In this document: positions 55,109 to 64,000 of the stretch, piece after piece
Layout: every line of letters starts with the position of its first letter
How positions within the stretch are numbered: position 1 is the stretch's first letter
Source of the DNA: a virus
Virus record (IMG/VR): IMGVR_UViG_3300031552_000001
Span: 64,001 to 128,000 of that record
Direction: 5' to 3' (one strand)
DNA length: 64,000 bases
Program-made: the position numbers and the translations under genes
The notes under the pieces: generated by a model
Database searches by the model: none
Seen by the model: the letters and a program-made list of their open reading frames with translations, nothing else
Told to the model about the DNA's origin: nothing

Positions 55109-58100
55109 TCAATTAGTTTCTAGCAAGTCTAGCCGTTTTTTTAACTCTTGAATTTCTCGTTCTTTTTGAAACAGATGCAAGTACAAATCTTCTATTTTCT
55201 CGACTGCAAACAGCACCTGATCGAACAGGCCCATTGGTTTTTTTAAATGAGAGTTAGGTAAGCTCCATACCTTCTTTGCATAATCCTCTAGTTCTTCCAA
55301 GCTCATAAATTGGTATAGGGCCGCTTTGTCACTTTTATACTTTTCAACTTTACCTGTAAACGCCTTTTCAAAAACGTAGTCAGGCCAGATTTGAGATCCT
55401 CCATTTAGATAAATGTTCGTAGCCACATTTATAGTGCCGGAGCCCATATCCCCGCTTCCAGGGTTACCGACTACAATGCCGTCGGAAGACACTCTAACAG
55501 TTCCGCCATCTGTATAAACAGCATAGTTGGTAGTGGCTCCTGATGCCCCTACTCTTAGACCGTAAGCCGTAGTGGCTATCGTAGCGCCTAATCCGGCATC
55601 AACATTGCAAACTATTCCGTAAGCTGAAGATAGCGAACTAGAACTTCGACCAGTAACACCTAAAGATACAGACAGCCCGGTAAGTACAGACATACTTACA
55701 GCGGAAGTTCCAGCAGGGGTCCAATTATTGGTAAAATAAGCTCCGATTTGATCCCCTATACTACCCTCACCGCTAGTAGCATCATGGTTTGCGCGGAACC
55801 CGACTATACTGCTGGTTTCATTCGCCGGAACAGAAGTATCAACGGTAAAAAATCCAGTACTTCCAGTGTGCGCGTTGTCATTATAAGTATGGGAGAAACT
55901 CCAAGGATGCTCTGCCAACGTATCACTGCTGTCTGAGCTGAAAGAACATCCGTGCGCGTAAAACCTATCCCAAAGATAAGAAGAACTTCCAAGGTCTAAT
56001 ACGTCTGTTACTGCTGGGCTGAGTTCATCGGCAGTAAGCTTCAATTTGGCAACACTTCCTACATACCACTCCCATTGATTGCTCGCTGCAACGTAAGTTT
56101 CATAATCTCCCGTGTCCCACTGAATTAATGGATTAGTGGCGTCTCTTTTTATCTGAAATGCGATAGACGGCGTGCCACTTATAAGCATATTTAGGGCTAC
56201 GTCGCCTGAAGAAGTAAGAGGGGCGGAAAATCCCTCTACCCCAGTGACTAAATCGCCAAACCTGACATCTCCGTCATTCGTATAGATAGCGTAATCAGTC
56301 GTACCACCTGTAATGTTGTCTACATACAGACCTGCGTGGGTGCCGCTTTCGTTTGCAAATGTTCCGTCAGTAAGACGAAGAATGCTATGAAGGCCTGTAT
56401 TGTTAACAGCAGTAGATTTCTGAAAACGAAGCCACACAGCAGATGCGTTGAATGCGGCCGCCCCTGTATGAGCCATATCGTAATCAAGCGTCAAACCTGC
56501 TGAGCCCGTAGGAGTCGCGCCATTCTCAGAAAGAGTAAACGAGGCTCCTAGCCCTAACGTAGTGCTGTCTAGAGAGTCAGAAACTTCCGAAATGATTCTG
56601 TCGCCAAACCTCACCAAACCTGCATTGGTGTAGATGGCGTAATTGTTTCCACTTCCTGCAGGGTCTCCAGGTATTCCCGTACCTGCATAAAGGATGTCCT
56701 CTATGAGAATACCAATATGGTCCCCTATGATTCTTGTGGAGCTCGCCGTTTGATGGTTGACGTGCACGCCCGTAAGCGCAGTAATGTAGTCGTATCCAGC
56801 ATAGTCGGTGCCGTCTCCACTAAGGTCTCCAGAGAGCTCCAGAAACGTAATGCCCGAGCCCCAGAAGCCTTTTGATGCCGACGTAGCTGACCAATCGCAG
56901 TTTAGCTTCAGCAAAGTTACGCCGTCATAGCCATCGACTGCTGCGCCTGGGACGTTGTTGACAAACGAGAGCTCGTTCATCGCCATTCCTACGTTTCCAG
57001 GGTCCGTAGTAAAGTTGAACTCTAGCTTTTGACCAGTCCATACGCTCGAGTCAGAACTGCCCCACAACTTGTACCTATCTGTTGCGTCTACAAACAAATC
57101 GATGAGAGCGTGAGTAGAGTCGAAAGAATCGTGGTTGGTAATATGCCCAAGGGCGGTGACGGCTAATTTCTTGACGTCGTTAACATCCCTGACAGATATA
57201 AGTTCATGAGGGTCAGTTAGGGTGGCACTTGATGAATCTGCTGTGCTGCGCAGATACATTCTTGTTTCTGCTGTGGAGTAGCCCCACATGTTAATAGTAT
57301 CTGGACGGATGTCTTTATGCCTACCCCATGACCTGGTGTCGTCAGCAGAACTACCCGTCTTCTCGGCATCGTCATACGAGTAGTGCTCCTCATTCAATCT
57401 AGAATCAATGTGCTCTAGGTTAATACGATAATCGCCATAGAGCACATCATCTATTGAAGTGACAGAGGGGCCCCATATCCGTAAAACAGCTCTAGCAACC
57501 GTATCGTCGGCCTCTTGATTGAAACGAACGTCGCTCTGGAATATTGCGGGGTTATTATCCGTAGCTTCTCTAAAAGTAGTCCCTTTGAGATACACTACTT
57601 CAAAAACCTCTCCCACATCGGGGAGGGCGTCCGAGTCCGTACTAGGAAACCGGAGGAAGGGGTTCAATATGAAATCACCATCCGTTGATATTGTCAACGT
57701 GCCTATAGAGCCGCCCGTAGTGGCAGGATTTAGTATAGCCGAGCCCCAATCAGAGGCGATCACTTGAATGGTCTCAGGGTCTATAACCTTGTCTACTCGA
57801 TACGTGCCGTTATTGTTGAACGGTGAGTCGATAGTAGAACTAGCCCAAGTAACAAGGTCTCCTACCTGCAATGCGGGCGATGCAGTAAAGTCTTCTCCTG
57901 CGCATACAATACGATTGCCTAACTCTATTCTGGTAGGTACTATCGAAGAGCGCTTCGCTACAGGAGTATTCTCCAAACGAGGAGTACCCGCTGTAGCAGT
58001 CGTTACGTTCTCGAAAACACCGTCCACTACGACTTTGGTGGCAGTCCTTTCACATACCTCAAAGGCTATACCCGAATCGGTGATGGCTATCACGTCTCCT

Positions 58101-59134
58101 GTAGCAGGGTCGATATTCTCTATTGCCGCCTCGCTACTGGCCCCTAACCCTCCTCGAATCTCTACAATCTTGAGAGGCTTACCGTTAAGGACAGCCGCCC
58201 CTCCTGTAAAGGCACTACTGACAAGATAATAGGCTCCAGCTTCGTATGTAGCCTCAGAGAGGGCGTTAAACGCGGCAGAGGTACAGATCTGCTTGCCGGA
58301 CCCGTCTGTGGCTGTAGAGAACGTCCCTGTCACACCAGTCACGTCCGGAACATACAGGACCTTTGTGAGTTCCCTACCTTCGGAATCCAAAATAGAGAAG
58401 AACTTCTGGAGCTCCGCTACGCTAGGTGTTGAAGTCCTTCCAGCGTAGGCTAACAGATCGCCGCTAAGTTGTATGCCGTGTACGGCTCCCGGCACGGAGT
58501 AAGAGGCCACATCGAAGCTGTCTCTAGAGGCCACTCTCTTCTTACTTAGCTGACCCTCGTTCCTGTCATTGTTAATAGCTAACGAGGCAAGAGCTCTATT
58601 GAATACCCTAGCTTCGAAGCTCTCCCCCTCTGCCATCGCCATCTGGCCTGGAGTGGCCACTTGGCGATCAGGGTCCACGTGTTGAGCTTGAGTTAAGTCT
58701 CCGGCGTACGCTTCTGTTTCAGGAAACAGACCCAAGTTCAGCAAAACGTCGGTAGGGCTAGAAGAGGGGTCCGTCTCGATTTTTAGATAGCTAGTATCTC
58801 CGGCAGTGGGGCTCTGCAATTTCAGAAAACCGTTGTCATTATAAGCAACGGTTACCCCCGCGCCCGAGTTAATCTGACTGATTACCTCACTCAACGGGAG
58901 GGTGCTAGCGTAGCTAAAGCTAATCGTATGCGGCGTGCTGTCTACGTTCAACAAAAAAGAACGGCCGTCAAGATCGTATCCGGCAGCAGTTTCCCTCTGA
59001 ATTCCTAAGATCGTGGCGTTTTCTCTTATCGTTCTTGGCAAAAGAACCGGCTGCCCAGCCACTACGGAGGGAAGGATAGGCCATGACCCAATAAAAGAGC
59101 CTGCGTTAGCGTGTCGCCCTTGAAAAGACATCAC
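55109..59134 (-). CDS. Tail fibre/spike with C-terminal intramolecular-chaperone-like domain
   Basis: 1341 aa, G/S/T-rich beta repeats; C-terminal WPDYVF...SLEELE...LP...EKIEDLYLHL + coiled coil. Confidence 0.8.
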   Translation of the reverse strand: MMSFQGRHANAGSFIGSWPILPSVVAGQPVLLPRTIRENATILGIQRETAAGYDLDGRSFLLNVDSTPHTISFSYASTLPLSEVISQINSGAGVTVAYNDNGFLKLQSPTAGDTSYLKIETDPSSSPTDVLLNLGLFPETEAYAGDLTQAQHVDPDRQVATPGQMAMAEGESFEARVFNRALASLAINNDRNEGQLSKKRVASRDSFDVASYSVPGAVHGIQLSGDLLAYAGRTSTPSVAELQKFFSILDSEGRELTKVLYVPDVTGVTGTFSTATDGSGKQICTSAAFNALSEATYEAGAYYLVSSAFTGGAAVLNGKPLKIVEIRGGLGASSEAAIENIDPATGDVIAITDSGIAFEVCERTATKVVVDGVFENVTTATAGTPRLENTPVAKRSSIVPTRIELGNRIVCAGEDFTASPALQVGDLVTWASSTIDSPFNNNGTYRVDKVIDPETIQVIASDWGSAILNPATTGGSIGTLTISTDGDFILNPFLRFPSTDSDALPDVGEVFEVVYLKGTTFREATDNNPAIFQSDVRFNQEADDTVARAVLRIWGPSVTSIDDVLYGDYRINLEHIDSRLNEEHYSYDDAEKTGSSADDTRSWGRHKDIRPDTINMWGYSTAETRMYLRSTADSSSATLTDPHELISVRDVNDVKKLAVTALGHITNHDSFDSTHALIDLFVDATDRYKLWGSSDSSVWTGQKLEFNFTTDPGNVGMAMNELSFVNNVPGAAVDGYDGVTLLKLNCDWSATSASKGFWGSGITFLELSGDLSGDGTDYAGYDYITALTGVHVNHQTASSTRIIGDHIGILIEDILYAGTGIPGDPAGSGNNYAIYTNAGLVRFGDRIISEVSDSLDSTTLGLGASFTLSENGATPTGSAGLTLDYDMAHTGAAAFNASAVWLRFQKSTAVNNTGLHSILRLTDGTFANESGTHAGLYVDNITGGTTDYAIYTNDGDVRFGDLVTGVEGFSAPLTSSGDVALNMLISGTPSIAFQIKRDATNPLIQWDTGDYETYVAASNQWEWYVGSVAKLKLTADELSPAVTDVLDLGSSSYLWDRFYAHGCSFSSDSSDTLAEHPWSFSHTYNDNAHTGSTGFFTVDTSVPANETSSIVGFRANHDATSGEGSIGDQIGAYFTNNWTPAGTSAVSMSVLTGLSVSLGVTGRSSSSLSSAYGIVCNVDAGLGATIATTAYGLRVGASGATTNYAVYTDGGTVRVSSDGIVVGNPGSGDMGSGTINVATNIYLNGGSQIWPDYVFEKAFTGKVEKYKSDKAALYQFMSLEELEDYAKKVWSLPNSHLKKPMGLFDQVLFAVEKIEDLYLHLFQKEREIQELKKRLDLLETN

Positions 59135-59140
59135 AACCTC

Positions 59141-59770
59141 CTACTCAAAGCGTAAATCCCATCTCAGCTCGAGGGTAAAGTCCGACGTTTTTGTCATACC
59201 ACCAAAAGCCTTGTAAGCCACAGGGGCATTCGTAGCTATAGCTGGATTAAGAACTGTCTCCACCACCCCGGGAGTATACGCGTTGTCTTCATACCCATCA
59301 TTAGGGTTTCCTGGAGTGGCCGGATTCACATCAGCGAATAGACCGGCTTCTGATATGGTTACGGGAATTCCGGCTATCGTTATCTCTGACAAAGAAAACT
59401 CTTTTATAAAACGAACAGAGGAGGTAGTGGGAAACTCCACACTTTGAATTTCCGCAAGGTAGTAAGAGGAGGTAGCGAGAAGAGAAGAATTCAGGGAAGC
59501 TACTGTAGGAGCTTCTAACTGAGCTCCGCTACCTAAACCCACCCAGCGTATTCTTCGTTGCGTATATGGCACATCATTCGTGCCGAGCGTTTTCCATGTC
59601 ACCAGCTTACTTAACCAGTTACGGCCTGTGACAGTAAAGACGTTATGCCCTTCTCGTCTAGAGCCTGGGACTAGCTTTCCTCCACAGCGCAGCAGTGCGC
59701 TGAAATTTCCGATTACCTGTATGTTGGAGAACGTTCGCATGGCCACCTCAAAACACCAATTCCCACTCAA
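59141..59770 (-). CDS. Tail/baseplate structural protein (paralogue A)
   Basis: GHNVFTVTG...L.W...PYTQRR.R.VG.G.G...I.E.GLF...YK.F...K...FTLE.RW. Confidence 0.65.
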   Translation of the reverse strand: MSGNWCFEVAMRTFSNIQVIGNFSALLRCGGKLVPGSRREGHNVFTVTGRNWLSKLVTWKTLGTNDVPYTQRRIRWVGLGSGAQLEAPTVASLNSSLLATSSYYLAEIQSVEFPTTSSVRFIKEFSLSEITIAGIPVTISEAGLFADVNPATPGNPNDGYEDNAYTPGVVETVLNPAIATNAPVAYKAFGGMTKTSDFTLELRWDLRFE

Positions 59771-60281
59771 TTTCCAACGTGAATCCGTTGAATTTCAATA
59801 AGGGATCGAATTTTTTATAGAATGCCGGTGTGTTAGTAGGAGAAGATACAGAAAGCACTCCTCCAGGAGAAGAATCGAAATACAACCCCACCTCTGAAAT
59901 CTTAATAGCCAACACTCCGTACGGCGCCTGCACCTCAGAGGAGGTAAATTCCGCTTTTACTTTTACAGAAGTAGACGAGGGGAAAACATTCAATGAAGGA
60001 CTGAGCTCTTTTAAATATACCCCAGAAGAAATTTGAAGAGGGGAAGCCAGGGCTACAACGTTTTTATCTTCTGGTTGAGAGCCGTTTCCAACACCTACGT
60101 ATCTAGCTCTACGCTGAGTATAAGGAACGTCTGGGTCCGAAATAGTATTCCAAGCCACCAAGCTGGTTAATAGGTCTGCTCCGTCTGTAGTCATAACATT
60201 ATGCCCAGAGCGAACGGAATCCGGAACCACTCTACCGGAGAGGTCTCTCATGAATATCTTAACGTTGTTTTTTACACTCAC
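59748..60281 (-). CDS. Tail/baseplate structural protein (paralogue B)
   Basis: Same motif order as 59141-59770. Confidence 0.65.
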   Translation of the reverse strand: MSVKNNVKIFMRDLSGRVVPDSVRSGHNVMTTDGADLLTSLVAWNTISDPDVPYTQRRARYVGVGNGSQPEDKNVVALASPLQISSGVYLKELSPSLNVFPSSTSVKVKAEFTSSEVQAPYGVLAIKISEVGLYFDSSPGGVLSVSSPTNTPAFYKKFDPLLKFNGFTLEIEWELVF

Positions 60282-63200
60282 GGCTTTCTCCGAAACGCGA
60301 TGAAGTCGTAGTAATTGGCATCCGGAGTCACCATTGTTTCCAGGACAGTGATCGTTGAGGGGTCAGTAAATGTCAGCTCTCTATCATGGTTCGGTTCTGT
60401 GCCAGCAGCACCGATAAGCCTGAGCTTATCCCCTTTTTCAAAACCAAGCTTGTAGGTAGCAGCATCCGCGGGCCCTTCAAATAAATAAGGAATGTGGGCG
60501 TAAGAAGGATGAAGCTGAAGAGTGTTAGAGCTTGTGACTTGTAACTTGTTATTGATTATAGGCCTGGACACCATAACAAAGAACTCGGCATCTGAGGGAC
60601 TAGGGTTCTCTAGGCTTCCATAAAAATCTCTCCCGTATGGAGCTCTTAGGAAATCGATCTTTTGGCCTCCGGGTGAGGGCTCTGATGTCGTACTTACGCT
60701 ATCAATTTTGACTCTGCCGCTATTGATATACTCGGTAATGAGAAATTTTCCGTCATTGGACGGATCGTTCGAATCACTCACGTTTACGGTTAAGCCTACC
60801 ATACCAGGAGTAAACACGTCTCTCCACTCAGAGGAAAGCCCTATGCCGTAAGCTGTGCCGTATCCCGCCTCCATGATATAACCGGCAGGAGATGCGCTAT
60901 AGTAAAAACGCATCCGCTCCATCCTACGCTTATGGAGAAACGGCCTAACCACTCTGAATCTTTGCCCCGAAGCAGAAGTTAACGCAAGTTCAGAACCGTC
61001 TGTGTTTCTCAACAAGACTCGGTCTTCTTCAAGGTAAGGAGCAACGGGCTTTTCTAACCAATCTACCCCTGTCTCGAGAACTGCGCTAGGGTGCCATACC
61101 TTAACAACATACGTAGAGTTGTACGCTACGATTCTATAAATTCCCGCGTTTAATCCCCCAACAAACTCTAGCTCCCTACCAATAGAAGAGGGGGACATCC
61201 CCGACAGACCTCCTATAGTGGAAACACCGGAAACAGGGGTGTTAACTGCGGCAGTTGACCCCCCTCTCACTATAGAATCTATCAAATACTCCCCTTTGTT
61301 TACTCCGTCCTCTATACAAAGAAAATCCCCCACCCTAACATGGTTCCTCAAAAATCCAGCCAGGGAGGACTGCACGATATCGGTGCCGTCTGTTACTAAG
61401 TCCGTCTCCCAAAGTACAGTAGGGTTTTCTCTCCTTAAAATGCAGCAGGCAAGCCCAGACCCGTACTGAAACGCAGTCGCATCTAGCGCAGTTTTTGCGA
61501 GCTCGGCCGTTACGTACTGATCGGGGTCTACAGAACACGCAACCCACCCTAGCTTTAGAGTGTTGGCGTCTATCACCTCTTCTATTTCATACATCCCCGG
61601 AGTCGTAGAAGACGATCCCGCCTGTCCAGGCAAAATTGCTAAAATATCGCCCTCTTGGGGAGGTAATCGCCCTTCGTCAAAAGTAGGAAACCCACTAGTT
61701 GCATCGTGTTTTCTTGGACGTATGTAGTCCACATCCCACCCAGTTACGGAAGTAGCATGAACGTCTCCACTAACGTTTACAGTCTCCACGTCAGTTAAAA
61801 GCTGCGGCGTTCTAGTCCCAAAAGGATACGACCCTACGTTCCATAAAACACTACCTTGATGATTGAGATCGTTCGCCCTAGCCGTAGCTTCTAAACCCCA
61901 AGGGTTGTCATAGAATTTCAATGTACTGCCGATACCAAGAGCTTCAGTAACCACTACGTCGTCTGAAAGCTCCAGCAAAGCCGCGCTAATAATATTGACG
62001 TACGTCGGTTTTATAGCCCTGATGAACTCAAGAGCAAATTGAGCGTCGTTAGAGTCAAAAACGCTACTATCCACAACGACTTTGAATGTGAAAAACTTCA
62101 AAATCTCCAACCCATAAAGGGACCTGGACCACCATAGAGGGTCTTTCACATAATCCGATACAGTAACCCCCTTAGATATGGGAGCAAACCTCGATATAGC
62201 ATCCCCTGCTTTGTATAACTCTGTAGTGACTGGGTTGGTTTCCAACCCCACTAGGGTGGGGTATAGGTACACCCGTCTGAAACCTGTTCTCCCCCCATTC
62301 TCGTCTAGGTCTTCTACGAGAACTCTCCCTAACACTGTTCCGGCCGTATCGACCGAGAAGTTCTCTTGAACTTCTAAGATAATCCCGTCTTCTTCCGCGA
62401 AAGGCAATCCCAATAAAATTTGAAGGCCCAGCCTCATGTTAGCTACGGTAGGACCATTGGTGTACGCAAATACCAGCCCTTTAACAGCACTCAAGTACGG
62501 AGCGCGCGTTCTTTTCTGCGTAAGGTCGTCCCTGGACAAATCTACCAAACGCCCGAAGTTTCGCTCAATTACGGCCGAGTTATCATACAGAGCACACTCT
62601 GCCCAAAAACGATCTGGTGCAGGGGACTCTAAGCTGAATAGCCCTCCTACAAAAGTCAGGTAGCCAGCTTCTATGAAATAGTCGAGGTTTTCTCTTAGAA
62701 CTACAGGAGGATCTTCTATACTCTCCTGCAACACAGGAGCGCTTACCAATTCGGTGGGTACTTTTATTGCCGAGTTATGAATTACCTTCTTAGCCTTAAA
62801 CACTATCCCGAATTTAGAAAATGGACGAGTACTAAGATTGATTCCTGGAGGTATAAAGCTAATAAGAGCCCCTGCTGCCGCGTCTACGTCTTCATCAGAA
62901 GCGGAAGTGGGGACTAGCTTTAATTCTCTAACTACTCTCTGGAAAATAGTCCGGTCTACATCCCTTCCTGTCTTTCCTCTTTCAACCCATTGTATTGACG
63001 GATTGCCAGAGTCCGCTCCAGAAGCTAACAAATTACTTATGACAACAGAATCTTCGCTAACATACTGTCGTATTTTGTAAGTTCCTGGATTATCTCCGTT
63101 GAGAACCTCTATATGCCCGCCTACAGAAGTGGGCCTCATATTCTGTAGCCCGCTTATAGTGACTACACCCCCGGATTCTACTATGCTGGCGTCACTGCCT

Positions 63201-63970
63201 TCGTTTTCCGCAGAACCCAAATCTCCTAACGTAAACTCAAACCCTAACCTGTCGCCAGAGGCACCTACAATTTGAGCGTAAATCTCAGCAGACAGGCCTA
63301 GGTCAGAGCGCACTACATCAAACACTACTAAATCCCCAGCACGAACCCCTTCTTCCTCGAAATTTGAGCCGGGCACGTGAAGTAGATGAGGTATTCTCCA
63401 CGAGGCTCCTACTATACCTTCTGGTATCGCACTCTCATTAACAACGGCTAAGGAAAACCTACGGGCCAAAATAAAGCTGATAGACGAGCCGTTTTGGAAA
63501 AACGGTAAGGGCCCTCCGGGCGGATCGGAGGGATAAACCAAAGTGACTGTTGTGGCCCCTCCTATTGATTTAATCTTATAAGACCCTACATCCAACCCTG
63601 AGCGAATAGTTACGTAGTCTCCCTCTTGAGCATCTGCAAAAGGAGAGCTCGCAGAGCTGACTACGTTAGACCCTAGAGAGGTAACCAAATCTGAGCCGGA
63701 ATGCAGCTCATAGCTTTGATTGACCACCCTCTCCAAGACATATGAGGAGTCATTGACTACGATAATTCTGCCTTTGGGGCCGTAGTTTCCCAAAAGGTTC
63801 GTAAAGTCCGTACGATCTCCGTCCCCTACATCCCCTAACGGGGTATAAAAAATAGAGGTAGTACCTACTCCAGGGGTAACCCCTATATTTCCTGACGAAC
63901 CCCCCGTTCCGCTGTCTGTCTTACCTACGATTATTCTTTGGTCATAAAATTCGGTCAAGTTAGTGACCAT
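60278..63970 (-). CDS. Large baseplate wedge-like structural protein
   Basis: 1230 aa; repeated GD-x-h-x-I-x-x-G-x-N-x-G-x-Y-x-I modules; AYTNGPT..N...GL.ILLGLPF; IRAIKPTYV. Confidence 0.65.
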   Translation of the reverse strand: MVTNLTEFYDQRIIVGKTDSGTGGSSGNIGVTPGVGTTSIFYTPLGDVGDGDRTDFTNLLGNYGPKGRIIVVNDSSYVLERVVNQSYELHSGSDLVTSLGSNVVSSASSPFADAQEGDYVTIRSGLDVGSYKIKSIGGATTVTLVYPSDPPGGPLPFFQNGSSISFILARRFSLAVVNESAIPEGIVGASWRIPHLLHVPGSNFEEEGVRAGDLVVFDVVRSDLGLSAEIYAQIVGASGDRLGFEFTLGDLGSAENEGSDASIVESGGVVTISGLQNMRPTSVGGHIEVLNGDNPGTYKIRQYVSEDSVVISNLLASGADSGNPSIQWVERGKTGRDVDRTIFQRVVRELKLVPTSASDEDVDAAAGALISFIPPGINLSTRPFSKFGIVFKAKKVIHNSAIKVPTELVSAPVLQESIEDPPVVLRENLDYFIEAGYLTFVGGLFSLESPAPDRFWAECALYDNSAVIERNFGRLVDLSRDDLTQKRTRAPYLSAVKGLVFAYTNGPTVANMRLGLQILLGLPFAEEDGIILEVQENFSVDTAGTVLGRVLVEDLDENGGRTGFRRVYLYPTLVGLETNPVTTELYKAGDAISRFAPISKGVTVSDYVKDPLWWSRSLYGLEILKFFTFKVVVDSSVFDSNDAQFALEFIRAIKPTYVNIISAALLELSDDVVVTEALGIGSTLKFYDNPWGLEATARANDLNHQGSVLWNVGSYPFGTRTPQLLTDVETVNVSGDVHATSVTGWDVDYIRPRKHDATSGFPTFDEGRLPPQEGDILAILPGQAGSSSTTPGMYEIEEVIDANTLKLGWVACSVDPDQYVTAELAKTALDATAFQYGSGLACCILRRENPTVLWETDLVTDGTDIVQSSLAGFLRNHVRVGDFLCIEDGVNKGEYLIDSIVRGGSTAAVNTPVSGVSTIGGLSGMSPSSIGRELEFVGGLNAGIYRIVAYNSTYVVKVWHPSAVLETGVDWLEKPVAPYLEEDRVLLRNTDGSELALTSASGQRFRVVRPFLHKRRMERMRFYYSASPAGYIMEAGYGTAYGIGLSSEWRDVFTPGMVGLTVNVSDSNDPSNDGKFLITEYINSGRVKIDSVSTTSEPSPGGQKIDFLRAPYGRDFYGSLENPSPSDAEFFVMVSRPIINNKLQVTSSNTLQLHPSYAHIPYLFEGPADAATYKLGFEKGDKLRLIGAAGTEPNHDRELTFTDPSTITVLETMVTPDANYYDFIAFRRKP

Positions 63971-64000
63971 GCTGAATTCTTGCCATCTTCTCTGAAAATT

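Noticed and set aside
55109-59134. Diversity-generating retroelement target in the fibre
   Set aside because: No reverse transcriptase and no near-identical template/variable repeat pair differing at adenines was seen in this window.
1-64000. Alternative genetic code or stop-codon reassignment
   Set aside because: Long genes tile the window under the standard code with all three stop codons used, and no conserved gene is broken by an in-frame stop.

Overview
The window is an internal 64 kb slice of a large, probably jumbo, tailed dsDNA phage, most likely with a contractile tail. No rRNA, tRNA or CRISPR array was found. Genes sit in alternating strand blocks. The minus-strand blocks carry virion and packaging genes: a prohead-protease-like ORF that the ORF track missed (1-2451), a GpA-type terminase with two inteins, portal, baseplate spike, tail fibre and baseplate proteins, and a lysis-like trio. 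They also carry an ATP-dependent DNA ligase, a minimal protein-kinase-like protein and a single-chain beta-beta' RNA polymerase with two inteins. The plus-strand blocks carry replication and recombination genes: RNase HII, SF2 helicase, family-4 UDG, DnaB-like helicase, primase, PolA, HU, RecA, a Cas4-like nuclease and RusA, plus a lipoprotein moron. There are three main leads. (1) A DUF559/Vsr-like endonuclease is encoded entirely in the +1 frame inside the helicase intein, with conserved motifs of both proteins on the same nucleotides. (2) A shared F-x-[DE]-E-L-x-K-[IL]-[AS] terminal tag and dense K-x-A sites occur on head-module proteins and also on the ligase and kinase, suggesting a capsid-targeting and proteolysis system that delivers enzymes in the virion. 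(3) The RNA polymerase is a compact (~2070 aa after splicing) natural rpoB-rpoC fusion in a virion operon, with an intein at the trigger loop. All assignments come from motif recognition by eye; no searches were run.
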